Position numbers and translations under genes: made by a program. DNA of 63,746 nucleotides, filler included, from Squatina squatina (lineage: Eukaryota): the NCBI GenBank assembly GCA_031763465.1. It is 3 parts of 3 records of this genome, joined end to end, with 100 filler letters (N's around TTAATTAATTAA, not from the genome) between each part and the next. Parts side by side here need not be neighbours in the genome. Positions count along the whole stretch, not along the records: positions 1 to 19,478 come from JARFOE010000121.1; positions 19,579 to 39,289 come from JARFOE010104505.1; 1 more part is not named here. One strand, given 5' to 3'. Below the pieces are notes generated by a model, which worked only from the letters and a program-made list of their open reading frames with translations, did not search any database and was not told the origin of the DNA. How positions within the stretch are numbered: position 1 is the stretch's first letter; each line of letters opens with the position of its first letter. Of the stretch, positions 14,435 to 26,319 are shown piece after piece.

Positions 14435-15203
14435 GGGGCCGAAATTGCATATCACCCCATTTGGAGGCGGCAACCTTTCCCAGGCTGGACATTCTGCACC
14501 TGCCGCATAAGTCTCGTCCCAGAAGCGAAATTCGGCTTACCGTCCTTGACAGGAAGTGGAGCGCAATGCCGCAAGCTCCATTTCCTCTCAGGGTGGGCTC
14601 GGAGGTGCTACCCAGGCAAACGTCGGAATGCTATGCAGCCTCTCCGCAAAGTGCTGACGCGTTCCAAAGCGAGTGGGATGAGGGGCCTCCACTAGGCCAC
14701 CGGGGATGCGAGGGGCCTCCACTAGGCCACCAGGGATGCGAGGTGCCGAGGCCACAACCTGGCACCGAAACGGAGTGCCAGGCTGCATGACCCCGTGAAA
14801 ATGGAGTCCGAGGCGGGACCAGTAAGTTGGAGGACAGTGCAAAATGGTGGCCTGCATCTCCCCTTTAAGTCTTGCCCCCGAGCAAAGTGCTGCTCGGAGT
14901 TCGCGACCTGCGAGGTTGGCGCTGACATTGCCCACAGCAGCCTCATGGGGTGCTGTCCAATTTCTGCCACGGGGCGAAAAGGGGTCGCCGTGCTCGGCGA
15001 TGACGCCATCGTCGGAGGCGCAGCGGCCCAGACTGCTACCAGCGGGGGCACGGCGCTACCCGTTTCGCATCTCCGCCAACTTCTGTGCAATTCTGTGGGA
15101 GCCAGTAGTGCTCCCCCCACCCACTGAGCGAAAATGCTATCATGCCCCATTACTGCCCCCCACAGGCACAAACTGCAGGTGCACATCGGGGGAATTTCGC
15201 CCC
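14435..15203. mobile_element. GC/CpG-rich non-autonomous DNA transposon (PIF/Harbinger-like MITE)
   Basis: TIRs GGGGCCGAAATTG ... GAATTTCGCCCC with 3-bp TTT on both sides. Contains an internal 30-bp tandem duplication (gaggggcctccactaggccac...) near 14680-14742. Confidence 0.75.
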
Positions 15204-15928
15204 TTTTATTTTTATAATCTTTCCATGAAGCTGCATGTGTCTAACAATAGGGTTACGCGCCAGAGCAATGAAACGCCTCAACCGTAGACCTGTGTCAAAT
15301 AACCAGAATGTCCCATTATGGTTGGTTTCAGTTTATTCCTTGGTAAGTGACGCAGGAGTCACCTTGGATTTAACCAAGACGAAGGAACACTTTCTTTAAT
15401 CCAATAGGATGTGGCCTAAAAACAGCAGTTGGTAGATTCTAAATGTAGGCGTGTTTTTCTGTGTTTGCAATGTTTTTCCAATGGATTTCTTACCATCTCG
15501 TAAAAGCAATGGACACAATTCAAAGATGCCATAACAAAGAAATTAATAAGAATTCTGTCCTTCAGAGCCAAGTCTCCTGCTTCTCATTTTAAGATTATTA
15601 TTAGAATAAGGTTCGACACTTTCTTAGAGGGTGGGGGAAGGATATAAATGTATTTATGGAGGCATTTCTCATCCAAGGTTACTGTATGGAGCAGATTGAT
15701 CAAATGACATCAACATGGCTACCACCATCTGACACAAAGTAATTAATCAACTTGCAATATTACCCCCATCTGTTTTTTTTAAAAGAGCCCACATTACCCT
15801 TGTCTACCCTTTCTCTTCTAATATAATTTGTAAAGACTTTTTGTTTTAATCTTGATATCCTTAAAGTTTCTTTTCATATTTCCTTTTTGCAGCTCTTATC
15901 TGTTTTGTCAGCTTTTGTTGTTCTTTAT

Positions 15929-16341
15929 GGGGGTGAAATTCCCTGACACCTCTGTGGAGACCTAACGCCTAAAGTTTGGGCCTCAGTAGTGCCTCCATTC
16001 AGAGACACTACCGCATAGAAAAATTTGCCACTTTTTTCCAGGAGGCGATATCGGGAGGCGCAAAGCAAACATTTTAGGCACTATTCGCTGAGAGGCCCCG
16101 CTGGCCCCGGAGGAGCTACGTTACCTTTACATTACATGGGCCTCACATCGATTGCTGTAGATCACTCCCGAAAGAAGAAAGGACTGCCGAGTGCAGGACA
16201 TCGTTGCTGTCTTTAGGACTTCACAACAGATTAAAGGCAATCACACCACTCTCACAACTTTTTAAAGGAATGGCGAGCAGAAAAGCCTCTAGGGGAGAAG
16301 GCCTCCTTCAAGGACATCTGAGGCCACTCAAGGAGAAAAGG
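15929..16341. mobile_element. Partial TIR element (MITE-like)
   Basis: Starts gggggtgaaattcc, GC-rich, truncated by a gap. Confidence 0.5.
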
Positions 16342-16441
16342 NNNNNNNNNNNNNNNNNNNNNNNNNNNNNNNNNNNNNNNNNNNNNNNNNNNNNNNNNNN
16401 NNNNNNNNNNNNNNNNNNNNNNNNNNNNNNNNNNNNNNNNN

Positions 16442-16595
16442 TCTAAGCTTTGGAATTCCCTCTCTATATCTCTACACGACTCCACCTCGCTCTCCTCCAT
16501 TAAGCCCCTCCTTAAAACCTACCTCTTTCACTAAGTTTTCTGTAAACGCCCTGGGACATTGTCCTGCTTTGTAGGCACTATGTCAATGTGAATTG
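16442..16595 (+). mobile_element. L2-type LINE 3' end
   Basis: ctaagctttggaattccctc...ctccttaaaacctacctcttt... followed by an aaacgccctgggacatt...ggcactatgtcaatg tail typical of L2 elements. Confidence 0.65.
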
Positions 16596-17499
16596 TTGTT
16601 TATGTTTGAAATTAAGAATCCTCACACTTTCTGGAGGACACCCCCCAGTAAAAGAATACACTGCACCCATTACTGTAGTATTTCTGACCGACTTCTGTAC
16701 TCTGCACAGAACAAAATCTTTGTTGATTATGAAGACATCAATTTAGCAAAAATTACTTGTTCATATCACCCCAGCAAAAGGGAATGAAATCATGATTTGT
16801 CTCTGGATTAGGTTATTACAGAGAGTATTGTTGGATTTACTATTTATTAAAATTTCAATTTCAGTTGTTGATTTAAATTATCTTTTGATGAGACTGTAAT
16901 GATGTGAAATTGAACTAGTAAATGTAAGAATGTGTCTCCTCATTTTGGATGCTACCTCTGGCAGGGTTCTGTGTGTTTTAAAAAATAGTTTGTGATGCAG
17001 GGAGATGGAAGAGCTAATTAAAAAATAAATCACAAATGTATTTCTGTGAGGTGACTGAGATCTTTTCACACTCATGACGTGTTAATTAACTAATTTGCTT
17101 CCCTTGTTTTCTACCTATTAGGCCTTTTAAAAAGGGTTTAAAAAATTTCAATTGGTGTTTATCTATTTCATGCTTCACTGCTTATTAGTGTTAATGACAC
17201 CAGAACGTCTGTAACACATGACTGTGATTCACAGCTGAGAACCTGCAGAGCAGATTGTGATGAGCAGATGAGTCGTGACACTATTACAGGTCTCTTCTGA
17301 TTGTGCTGACACTGGTAAGGATGCTGAGAATGTAGTGTGATCAAATTTAATTTGACAGCCACAGGCCTTTTCTCACTAGGTACTTTTATCCCTCATCACA
17401 AACTTGACTATGACAGGAATTTGACTTCTTTTTTTCCAGAAACCATTAGTTCTTGTAAGTTTGAGAGCCAATTCTGACAAACCTTCTCTACATTGAAGA

Positions 17500-17712
17500 A
17501 CACACCTTTACATTAGAGTCCACAAATGTCAATTGATGCTAGACCAATTGTTCATTTTAAATCAGAGATTAATACCTTTCTGTTAACGAAAGGTATTGAA
17601 GAATATGGGCCAAATATGGGTATATGGAGTTAGGTCGCAGATCAGCCATGATCTCATTGAATTGTGGAACAGGCTCGAGGGGCTGAATGGCCTACTCCTG
17701 TTCCTATATTCC
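17500..17712 (+). mobile_element. CR1 LINE 3' end
   Basis: Ends gatcagccatgatctcattgaattgtggaacaggctcgaggggctgaatggcctactcctgttcctat. Confidence 0.85.
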
Positions 17713-17767
17713 AAGGAGGGAAATAATAGTACCTGGAGAATGAGCAACACAGATTTTTTTTAAAAAA

Positions 17768-18106
17768 AGAAAGACTTGTATTTATATAGTACCTTTCACA
17801 ACCACCCCAAAGCACTTTACAACCTATGAAATACTTGCAATGTAGGAAACGTGGCAGCCAATTTGCACTCAGTAAGCTCCCACAAACAGCAATGTGTTAA
17901 TTACAAGATAACCTGTTTTTGTTATGTTGATTGAAGGATAAATATCTCCTGCTCTTCTTCGAAATAGTACCATGGGATCTTTCACCTCCACCTGAGAGAG
18001 CAGACAGGTTTAACGTCCCAGCTGAAAGACAGCATCTCCAGCGGTGCATCAGTCCCTCAATACTGCAATGGAGTGTCAACCTCGATTTTTGTGCTCAAAT
18101 CTCTGG
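17768..18106 (-). mobile_element. SacSINE1-like DeuSINE
   Basis: Reverse complement of the Deu domain (cctgctcttcttcgaaatagtaccatgggatctttcacctccacctgagagagcagac) plus an L2-like tail; matches 61905-62330. Confidence 0.85.
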
Positions 18107-19309
18107 NNNNNNNNNNNNNNNNNNNNNNNNNNNNNNNNNNNNNNNNNNNNNNNNNNNNNNNNNNNNNNNNNNNNNNNNNNNNNNNNNNNNNNNNNNNNNN
18201 NNNNNNNNNNNNNNNNNNNNNNNNNNNNNNNNNNNNNNNNNNNNNNNNNNNNNNNNNNNNNNNNNNNNNNNNNNNNNNNNNNNNNNNNNNNNNNNNNNNN
18301 NNNNNNNNNNNNNNNNNNNNNNNNNNNNNNNNNNNNNNNNNNNNNNNNNNNNNNNNNNNNNNNNNNNNNNNNNNNNNNNNNNNNNNNNNNNNNNNNNNNN
18401 NNNNNNNNNNNNNNNNNNNNNNNNNNNNNNNNNNNNNNNNNNNNNNNNNNNNNNNNNNNNNNNNNNNNNNNNNNNNNNNNNNNNNNNNNNNNNNNNNNNN
18501 NNNNNNNNNNNNNNNNNNNNNNNNNNNNNNNNNNNNNNNNNNNNNNNNNNNNNNNNNNNNNNNNNNNNNNNNNNTCAGCTAAACCATTTGGAGAGGTCAG
18601 GAGGAGGCAAGAAATCCAGGGAAGTTGACGGAGCACTGAACACGTCAATATTCTCAGGCAGCTTCTAGTAGTCAGTTTGAAAGCAAACTAATGTTGATAA
18701 AAGTATAGTGTATGTGAATAGCGGAGTCTCTGGGGGAGGGGGTAATTACAGAAGTAGAAATAAAATAAGGTGTTTGTTTTCTTGATTCCCAGCATGAAAC
18801 CAGATAAGTGTAACAATTGAGGACAAAGGTCCTTGTGCGTGCTCAACGTGTTTAGTAATTGTATCCATGATTGTAGCAGATCATGTTTCAAAATCATTAT
18901 TGTGCAAGGCAGCTATTTTTGTGGATTACTAATAATAGTCTATTATTGCCGCTACCTGAAATAATCTTAATGTGAAAAACAAAGCAGATGGTCTACAATT
19001 AAACTGCTATTGTTGTGGCAATGCAAAGCGGTTTTGGGTGCACAGGGGGAAGAAAGTGGCAATAATAACTTGGATGTCAGGTCACACCCAGTGCAGTGAG
19101 ACTCCTGTTCAAGCACTCCTAACACAAAAAAAACTAACAGCCCAAGCAGCAAAGCAACACACTTTGTGGCAGATCTTACTGTGACCTGGATGGACGCACA
19201 ACTAGCAGTATAACTCCAGTCCACTGGCTGCACATCGGTCTGATACCAGTAACTGCTGTATAACTGCAGACTTAATCTGTCAGCATTGTGGTTACAAAGG
19301 ATTACCGAG

Positions 19310-19478
19310 GATTACCTAGGATATATGGCACAGAAACAGGCCATTTGGCCCAACCAGTCCATGCTGACGTTTATGCTCCACTTGGGCCTCCTCCCGTCTT
19401 TCCTCATCTAAATCTATCAGCATAACCTTCTATTCCCTTCTCCCTCATATGCTTCTCTAGCCTCCTCTTAAATGCATC
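19310..19478 (-). mobile_element. CR1 LINE 3' end
   Basis: ggcacagaaacaggccatttggcccaaccagtccatgctg... typical reverse-strand CR1 terminus. Confidence 0.8.
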
Positions 19479-19578
19479 NNNNNNNNNNNNNNNNNNNNNN
19501 NNNNNNNNNNNNNNNNNNNNNNTTAATTAATTAANNNNNNNNNNNNNNNNNNNNNNNNNNNNNNNNNNNNNNNNNNNN
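19479..19578. other. Artificial scaffold-joining spacer N44-TTAATTAATTAA-N44
   Basis: The 12-mer at 19523-19534 gives stop codons in all six frames and is centred in exactly 100 nt; it is identical to the spacer at 39290-39389. Confidence 0.95.
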
Positions 19579-20165
19579 AACCCTTGTTTCTGAATTAACT
19601 ATGTCACTCTCCATCCTAATGAAGAACTCAACCATATTATGGTCACTCTTGCCCAAGGGGCCTCGCACAACAAGACTGCTAACTAACCCTTCCTCATTAC
19701 TCAATACCCAGTCTAGACTGGTGGTTGAGGAAACTGGCAGCTGTTCAGATCAAGAAAGGCTGAAAGGCTGTGTCTCATCTATCAAGAAAGGTGAAGACTA
19801 CGGGGCGAACTGATAGAGTTTTTAAATTATGAAAGGACTTCAAAATTTGAAGGGGAGACAAGTTTGCACTTGTGGGGTGTCCAACACCCAGAGTCATCAG
19901 TGTAAGATATCATAATCCTCATAGGGGATTCAGTCGGAACATTATTTATGCCGAGTTTGATGAGAATGTGGAACCTGCAGACCTAAGAATCTAATTTATG
20001 AACTATCACAGATGCATTTAAGGTGAAACTAGATAAGCACATGGTGTAAATTAGAGGAGGTTATGCTGATAATTTTAAAGGGATTGCGATGAGAGGATCC
20101 TGGCGTGGAGGCTAAAAACTAGCATAGGCCAGTGGGGCAAATGGCCTGTCTATGCACCGCAATTT
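19579..20165. mobile_element. Two CR1 fragments: endonuclease-region piece (-, about 19579-19716) and a decayed 3' end (+, about 19720-20165)
   Basis: gaactcaaccatattatggtcactcttgcccaagggg reads PLGKSDHNMVEF on the minus strand (CR1 APE endonuclease SDH motif). The following part ends ggccagtggggcaaatggcctgtctatgc. Confidence 0.75.
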
Positions 20166-20655
20166 ACATATAATTTCTAACAACGGAATCAGATGAGCTA
20201 GCCCACATCCCTTCACAATCAATAAGCAACGATGTTTTAGTTTTAAGGGCGAGAATTGCTTTTCGTGCCAGGGAACAAGTTCTGCTGTATCCACATGCCA
20301 AGAATTCTGCAGAGGATTGTTTCCCGCGAGGGACAGCATTTGCTCCAGTTCTCAGATATTTCCTGCATTACAACAGTGAATGCACAATCATTACTGTAAA
20401 GGGAGGGATTTTAAGGACAACATAAAAGACGATCCTTAATGATTAAAGCAAATGTACTAATTCGTAGTATTTGATCAATACCTAATAAGAGATACGAGAT
20501 CTTCGAGTAACAGAAAATGAAACAACATAAGTTATAAATTGATAGCTTAAAGACAGAAAAAATGAAAGAATAAAATCTATATTTAACTGTCTCGATACTG
20601 TTACTATTGAAAAAACAATGATTAAAGTAAAAAAGGAATTAGAAAATTAAATTAA

Positions 20656-21276
20656 ATGAACAAAAATAAAAATGCAGCAGGATTGGTGAAATTCAGAACG
20701 AATACAATATTTTGAACAACTGGTCCAATGGAAAATATGAATATATCATCAGTGAAAGAAGGTTTGGGCGAACAAGTGAACAAATCATACAGAAAGTCAA
20801 TAGAGTGGCCCAAACCGAATACAGTGAAATGCAGTAAAGAATTGAGAGATTGTGTGAAAGGGATAATAAAGCAAACGCCTGCCAATATTAACTTGTGGGT
20901 AAACAATGAAAGTCAAAAGAAACAAAAGGTATTATGTATATTATTATCTCAGAAGAAGAGGATGATGACAGCATGTCTGGACAAGAGGAGAGGATTGTCT
21001 CCTTCTGTGCTGTAAGATTCTACAATTCTATATCGGTGGGAAGGCATGAATGAAACAATAGATATCGATAATAGCTTGGAAATTCGAATAAGGAAACAAC
21101 TAAATAATGAGGTCACCATTGCCTCGCGTAAGCTCATGGAAATGAATAAGCTACTGTACAGCAAATTGATGGAGGCAGAGATTGAACGCTACAGGAAGAG
21201 TAAAAACAGAGCTACATTATTAGAGAACAGTCGCATTATCTTACCAGGAATACCAACAGCTGAAAGTACAGGATAG
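20656..21276 (+). pseudogene. A-rich disrupted reading frame of about 206 codons, unknown origin
   Basis: ATG at 20656 and the ORFs at 20728 and 21046 share one frame, broken by only two stops. Composition is K/E/N/I-rich and protein-like; no family recognised. Confidence 0.3.
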
Positions 21277-21964
21277 TCAATGCGTATTGTGTGATAAATT
21301 GCTGGCTATCCCATTTTCTCTGTGAAGCAGCGATGCCTTCACTTGCTGTACACAGTGCTTCACCTGCCGGCATGTGTTGGCGATCAATTTGAGGAGCTCT
21401 TGCTTGTATCAGAAGGAAGTCTCCACAGAGCCAATTAGTGTGAGCGCTTCATCTATCCCATCTGCTACATTCCATTGAACAAACAATCAAATGAATGATT
21501 TTCCATTGGAATGATTGTTCCAATACATTTCTCTCTTAAAGGGATACGATAAGCAGCTTGCTTTGCTATTGTTTGGACAATTCTTCAGAAGAGAAAATTA
21601 AAAGTTATTTGCTGCAGATGTGGATCTGAGCTTTTGCACAGTCGTTTCATTGGAATGAAGATAATTTATAACTTGTTAATAAAATAAACGCTTTGAAATT
21701 ATTGTCAGTGAGAAGAGTTTGCTGCAGCATCTAACAGGCACGAATGGGAGTTTAATTTCCCATTTTGAGTGGCTGAGAATATTTGCACATCAGTCTTCAA
21801 TGCAGAGTGTCTTGCTGCTCAAAGCTAGACTAAGATGAGTTAAAACAGTATTACAGGTTTGGTGCATTGGCATATTGTGAGTGACGGCAGTGAGTCGGAA
21901 GGCTACCACATCATAATTGATGATGTATATAGGCAGTTCACTGTTGTGACGATGCCAGGTCGAT

Positions 21965-22850
21965 TATAGACAGAGTAAATCAGAGCCGCTTACAGCACAG
22001 GAGACCATTCGGCCCACGGTACCAGAGGTGTCTCGGTGAAAGAGCAGAGAACTTTATCTCATACTCATGGTCATTCCCAGAGTCATCTGTGTTTCCTGGG
22101 TGAAATATTAATCCGCTTTATTTTCAAAAATAATATTGATTCTCAGTCCAGCAGAGTTTCTGTACCAACATTCCCAGTACAGACCATTCTTTCTTTAAAT
22201 TGAGCAAGAATATAATTTAATTTGATGATAGTCCCTCCAGTGAATCATTCAGCAACCAGAGAGGATCCTTATCTTTATGTCCCCTTTCAGTGCGCCTTGT
22301 GATTTTGAGGATATCCTCGAGATATGTTCTCTAGTCAGAGTCTGTGGAGTGGTGCGCCAAATACCAGAGCGGAGAGCAAACTGGATACTGAACAAAAGAT
22401 GCAGATTAGAGGTTAAGCGATGTTCCTCGGACAGGCGGCAGCTGCGAAGTGATGTCCCAAAATGCTCGCTGCTGAAAGCACAGTTGTTCATCACTTACAT
22501 AAATGACTTGATATCAGAATTCGGAAGTACAATGTCGACATTTGCGAATTACTAAAATTTGGTTTTCAGCTGAATACTGATGAGAACAATGAAAAAATAC
22601 AAGAAGATTTTAACAAACTTACAGACGGAACGTGAAAATTGCAAAAACAATTCAATCTATCTAAATTTGAGGCGTGTAGTTGTGGCAGGAAAAGGAGGAA
22701 GGGGACATAACACTTGTAAAATTACGGACTAAATGGGAGGGTGCAGCAAAGTGCTCTCGGGGAGCAGATTCAAAAATCGTCCAAACGAGCAACGAAGCCA
22801 TAAAAGTACAAATAACACACCTTGGTTCCACTCTCTAACAATATAATATA
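21965..22850. mobile_element. Decayed CR1 fragments (3' end on -, RT region on +)
   Basis: acagcacaggagaccattcggccc terminus on the minus strand. The + strand reads WILNKRCRLEVK...SDVP...LFITYINDL...MSTFANY, a degenerate RT (SGVPQGS/YINDL/FADD region). Confidence 0.75.
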
Positions 22851-23094
22851 TGATAAATATATTCATATCTGAAAACTGAGCAAAACTGAACTTACCTGAT
22901 CTCCGATGATGTTAAATATTTAACTTAATTAATTTCTGTCTGTTTTAAACGCCTTCCAACTGCAGGAGCGGCCTGTACGACTTCTTTTGCTGGCACAAGA
23001 TATTAAAGGACCAGGGATCAGCTTTTGCACAAATAGCCCAGTTCTTTGCCCATGAAATTTGGCAGATCGCAACTGGCAGCTTGTGGATTAAGCA

Positions 23095-25085
23095 CATCAG
23101 AACATTGAAATATTAACAGGCGAAGGTGTTTCTGCCACTCGAGCCGACTCCGGCATTCAATGCGATTACGGCTGAATGATTCTCGCCTCAAATCCACTTC
23201 CCTGGCTGTTCATCATAATTTTGACTCAATACTGCTCAAAAAAGCTGTCGATCACAGCCCTGATTGTGGTCAATGAGGCAACCTCCGCAGCACTGGAGTA
23301 AAGAATTCTGAAGAATCCCCACCCTTCGAGTGAAGAAATTCCTTGTAAACCCTGTCTTAAATCGGCTACACCTTATTCTGAAACAATTCCCCCCAATTCC
23401 AGATTTCACCGATGAGGGGAAACATCCTCTCCAACATTTATTCTGTCAGGCCCGCTCAAAGTCTTATATGTTTCAATAAGATCAGCTCTTATTCTTCTAA
23501 AGTTCAATAACTATAGGCAGAACATTTGCAACCTTACCTCAGAAGAAAAACATTAAATACTCGAAATCAAACGAATGTACCTCCTGTGAACTGCCACCAA
23601 TTGAAGTATATTCTTCCCTAAATCGCGGGAAAAACCTGAGTGCATTACTCCAGTTTCAGTCTCACAAACTCTCTCTCTATCTGCAGCGAGATTTCCAAAC
23701 CTTTATGCACCATTCCCCTCGAAATAATGGCCGATACTCCATTTGTCCTCCCAATTATCTGCTCCAACTGCACGCTAACTTTCGGTGTTCCATCTACGAG
23801 GACCCCCCAATTCCCGCCGTGCCACAGCATTGTGTAGTCCCTCTGCATTTAAATAATATTTTGCTTTTCCAATCTTCCTACCAAGTGGAGGAACGAAACA
23901 TTTGCCACTTTCCCATCCATCTGCCACATTTTTACACACTCACTGATGTAAATGTTTACCTTTGGAGGCGCTTTCCCTCCAACTTACAACCTGATTTCCC
24001 TCATATATTTGTAGCATCAGCAAATTTAACTAAAATGCACTCGTTTGCTTAATCTAATTCATTTATATAAATTGAAAGTAATTGTGGCCCTAGCGCTAAT
24101 GCCTGTGGCACCACACTAGGGACAGGTTGTCATCCTGAAAATTAACACTTTATCCTAATTCTCTCTTTTCGGTTAGTTAACCAATTCCCTACATATGCAA
24201 ATATATTACCCCAACAGCATGAGCTGTTATTTTGTGCAATAACATTTTATATGGCACCTTATCGAATGCCTTTTGGAAATATAAATACACTACATTTACA
24301 GGTTCCCCTTTATCCACCCAGCTCGTTACTTCCTCAAAGAACTTTAATAGATTTATCAAACATGTCATCCCTTTCATAAAACCATGTCGACTATTCTTGA
24401 TTGCATTATGAATTTCTACATGTGCTGCTACTCCTTCGTTAATTAAGCATTCAGGTTTTTCCCCACTGAGAGATGCTGCTGTCTTCCTATTTTTGTGAAT
24501 ATGGCTGTTGCATTTGCGGTTTTCCAATCCTTTGGCACTTTTCCAGAACATAGCTAATGTCAATAGATTACAACCAATGTATTCACTATCTCTGTAGACA
24601 CTTATATTATGACACTAGAATGCAAGCCATCATTCCTGTGGACTTGTTAGTCCAATTACTTTGCCTGGTAATTGTTCTCCACTGACATTGATTGTTTTTA
24701 GTTCTTGTCTCCATTTTGCCCCTTGATGTTCGAGCATGTTTTTTTAATGTCTTGAACTGTGAAGGCAGATACAAAATATTGTTCACCACCTGCCATTTCC
24801 ATCTGTCCAATTATTGTTTCCCCATCACATTCTTTAAGGTACCAACGTTTTCTTCAGCTATTCTGTTCCTTTTCCTAAGCTTCTAGAAGCTCTTACAGTC
24901 AGATTGCATATTTCTTACTTGTTTGCACTCATAATCTTTTTTCTCCATCTCTATTAGTTCTGTTTTCCCAGTTATACTTTGCTTGTGTCTAAAATGTTCC
25001 TCAAATTCGTGCCATCCAGCTACTTTGCATATTGAATGCCTTTTTATCAATATGCTACCATTCTTAACTTCCTTCTTTTGCCATG
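23095..25085 (-). mobile_element. About 2-kb decayed CR1 LINE ORF2 (reverse transcriptase)
   Basis: ORF 24189-24563 reads SRHGFMKGMTCLINLLKFFEEVTSWVDKGEPVNVVYLYFQKAFDKVPY, the CR1 RT motifs; 3' terminus near 23100. Confidence 0.92.
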
Positions 25086-25129
25086 GTTGGTTCATGCACG
25101 GAGCGTCCATCAACCAGGAACTTGCACGG

Positions 25130-26300
25130 CCTCCAGGGGCATATGAGCACGAGGCCGGACTTTCACATCTGTTGTATTACATCAATTATTTGCACTACAT
25201 TACCCCTTGATTCAATAAGACGTCTAAGGACGATTCCCAGGAATATTATCGATCTAATTTTGACACCGAAACAAATAAGGACCTATAATTAAAGGTGATA
25301 AAAAGCATGGCAAAAGAGTGCGTATTAGCGTAAGCTTCCTAAATGTGGAGTGATGGACAGAATGTTAGAACAGAGTCAGCTGAGAATTCCAGGACTCATG
25401 GAGTCGGCAAATTTCGAAACCTTCCACAGTTTTAAATCATTTAAAATCAGTGAACTGGAAGAGGAAACATTTGAGGAGTGGAGAATTGTTGGAGGGTCGT
25501 AAGCCTACAGAATCTCAGGGAAGCACAAAGGTTACTGAGGGCTTTGAACACGGTAATTGGAATTGTAGGACTAGAGCAGGTTACAGAGATAGGGAGGATG
25601 CGAGAGACCTGGAGGGAATTCAAAGGAGGATGAGAATTGTAGGGTCTGGAGGAGGTGACAGAGATAGGGAGGGGCGAGGGACCTGTAGGGACTTCAAAGG
25701 AGGATGAGAATTGTAGTGTCTGGAGGAGGTGACAGAGATAGGAAGGGGCGAGGGACCTGGAGGGACATCAAAGGAGGATGAGAATTGTAGGGTCTGGAGG
25801 AGGTGACAGAGATAGGAAGGGGTGAGGGACCTGTAGGGACTTCAAAGGAGGATGAGAATTGTCAGTCTGGAGGAGGTGACAGAGATAGAAAGGGGCGAGG
25901 GACATGGAGGGATTTGAACAGGAGTATGAGAATTGCAGCGTCTGGAGGTGGTTACATAAATAGGGAGTCGCGAGTGTCATGGAGGGTTTTGAACAGGAGA
26001 TTGAGCATTGTATGGTTTGGAGGAAGATACAGAGATTGCGGGAGCTTCGAGGGCCATGGAGCGATTTAAACAGGAAGGATTAGAATTGCAGAGATGGAGA
26101 AGCATATTGTGATAGGGAATGTATGAGGTCGTTGGAAAGATTTGATCAGTTGGAAGAAAATTGCATGACTGGAAGTGCTGAAACACTGCCAGGCATTGAG
26201 CCAATGCAGATTAGTGAACACGCGGATTATGAAAAAATTGGATTTGTGAGTTCGGGTACTGGCAGCAGAATTTCTAATGAACTAGAATAAGTGCCAGGTC
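25130..26300 (-). mobile_element. Decayed L2 LINE C-terminal region containing a tandem expansion
   Basis: Minus-strand translations such as LATPYLCNHLQ and LAPFYLCHLLQ match the L2 ORF2 C-terminal motif FKSLHGLAPPYLCNLLQ. Confidence 0.7.
25552..26100. repeat. Minisatellite with a 74-bp unit, about 7 copies
   Basis: Unit ggaggatgagaattgtagggtctggaggaggtgacagagatagg(g/a)aggggcgagggacctg(g/t)agggacttcaaa starts at 25625, 25699, 25773, 25847, 25921 and about 25996; central copies are near-identical and outer copies diverge. Confidence 0.92.
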
Positions 26301-26319
26301 GGAGGCCGTTGCCGAATCT

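Noticed and set aside
14461-15287. Overlapping 109-154 aa ORFs as genes
   Set aside because: They lie within a GC-rich TIR element, where stop-codon scarcity explains ORFs on both strands.
17931-18668. Long ORFs spanning N runs (also near 11061, 49456 and others)
   Set aside because: Their length comes from translating through assembly gaps.
19523-19534. Palindromic TTAATTAATTAA as a biological site (recombination site or piggyBac TTAA target)
   Set aside because: It is centred in exactly 44+44 Ns and repeated identically at 39334, so it is a synthetic spacer.
20680-20720. GLVKFRTN resembling orthomyxovirus PB2 GPVHFRN
   Set aside because: The match is too short to support a specific viral assignment without a profile search.
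25625-25995. Regularly spaced repeats as a CRISPR array
   Set aside because: The units are head-to-tail with no unique spacers, derive from L2, lie in eukaryotic DNA and have no cas genes nearby.
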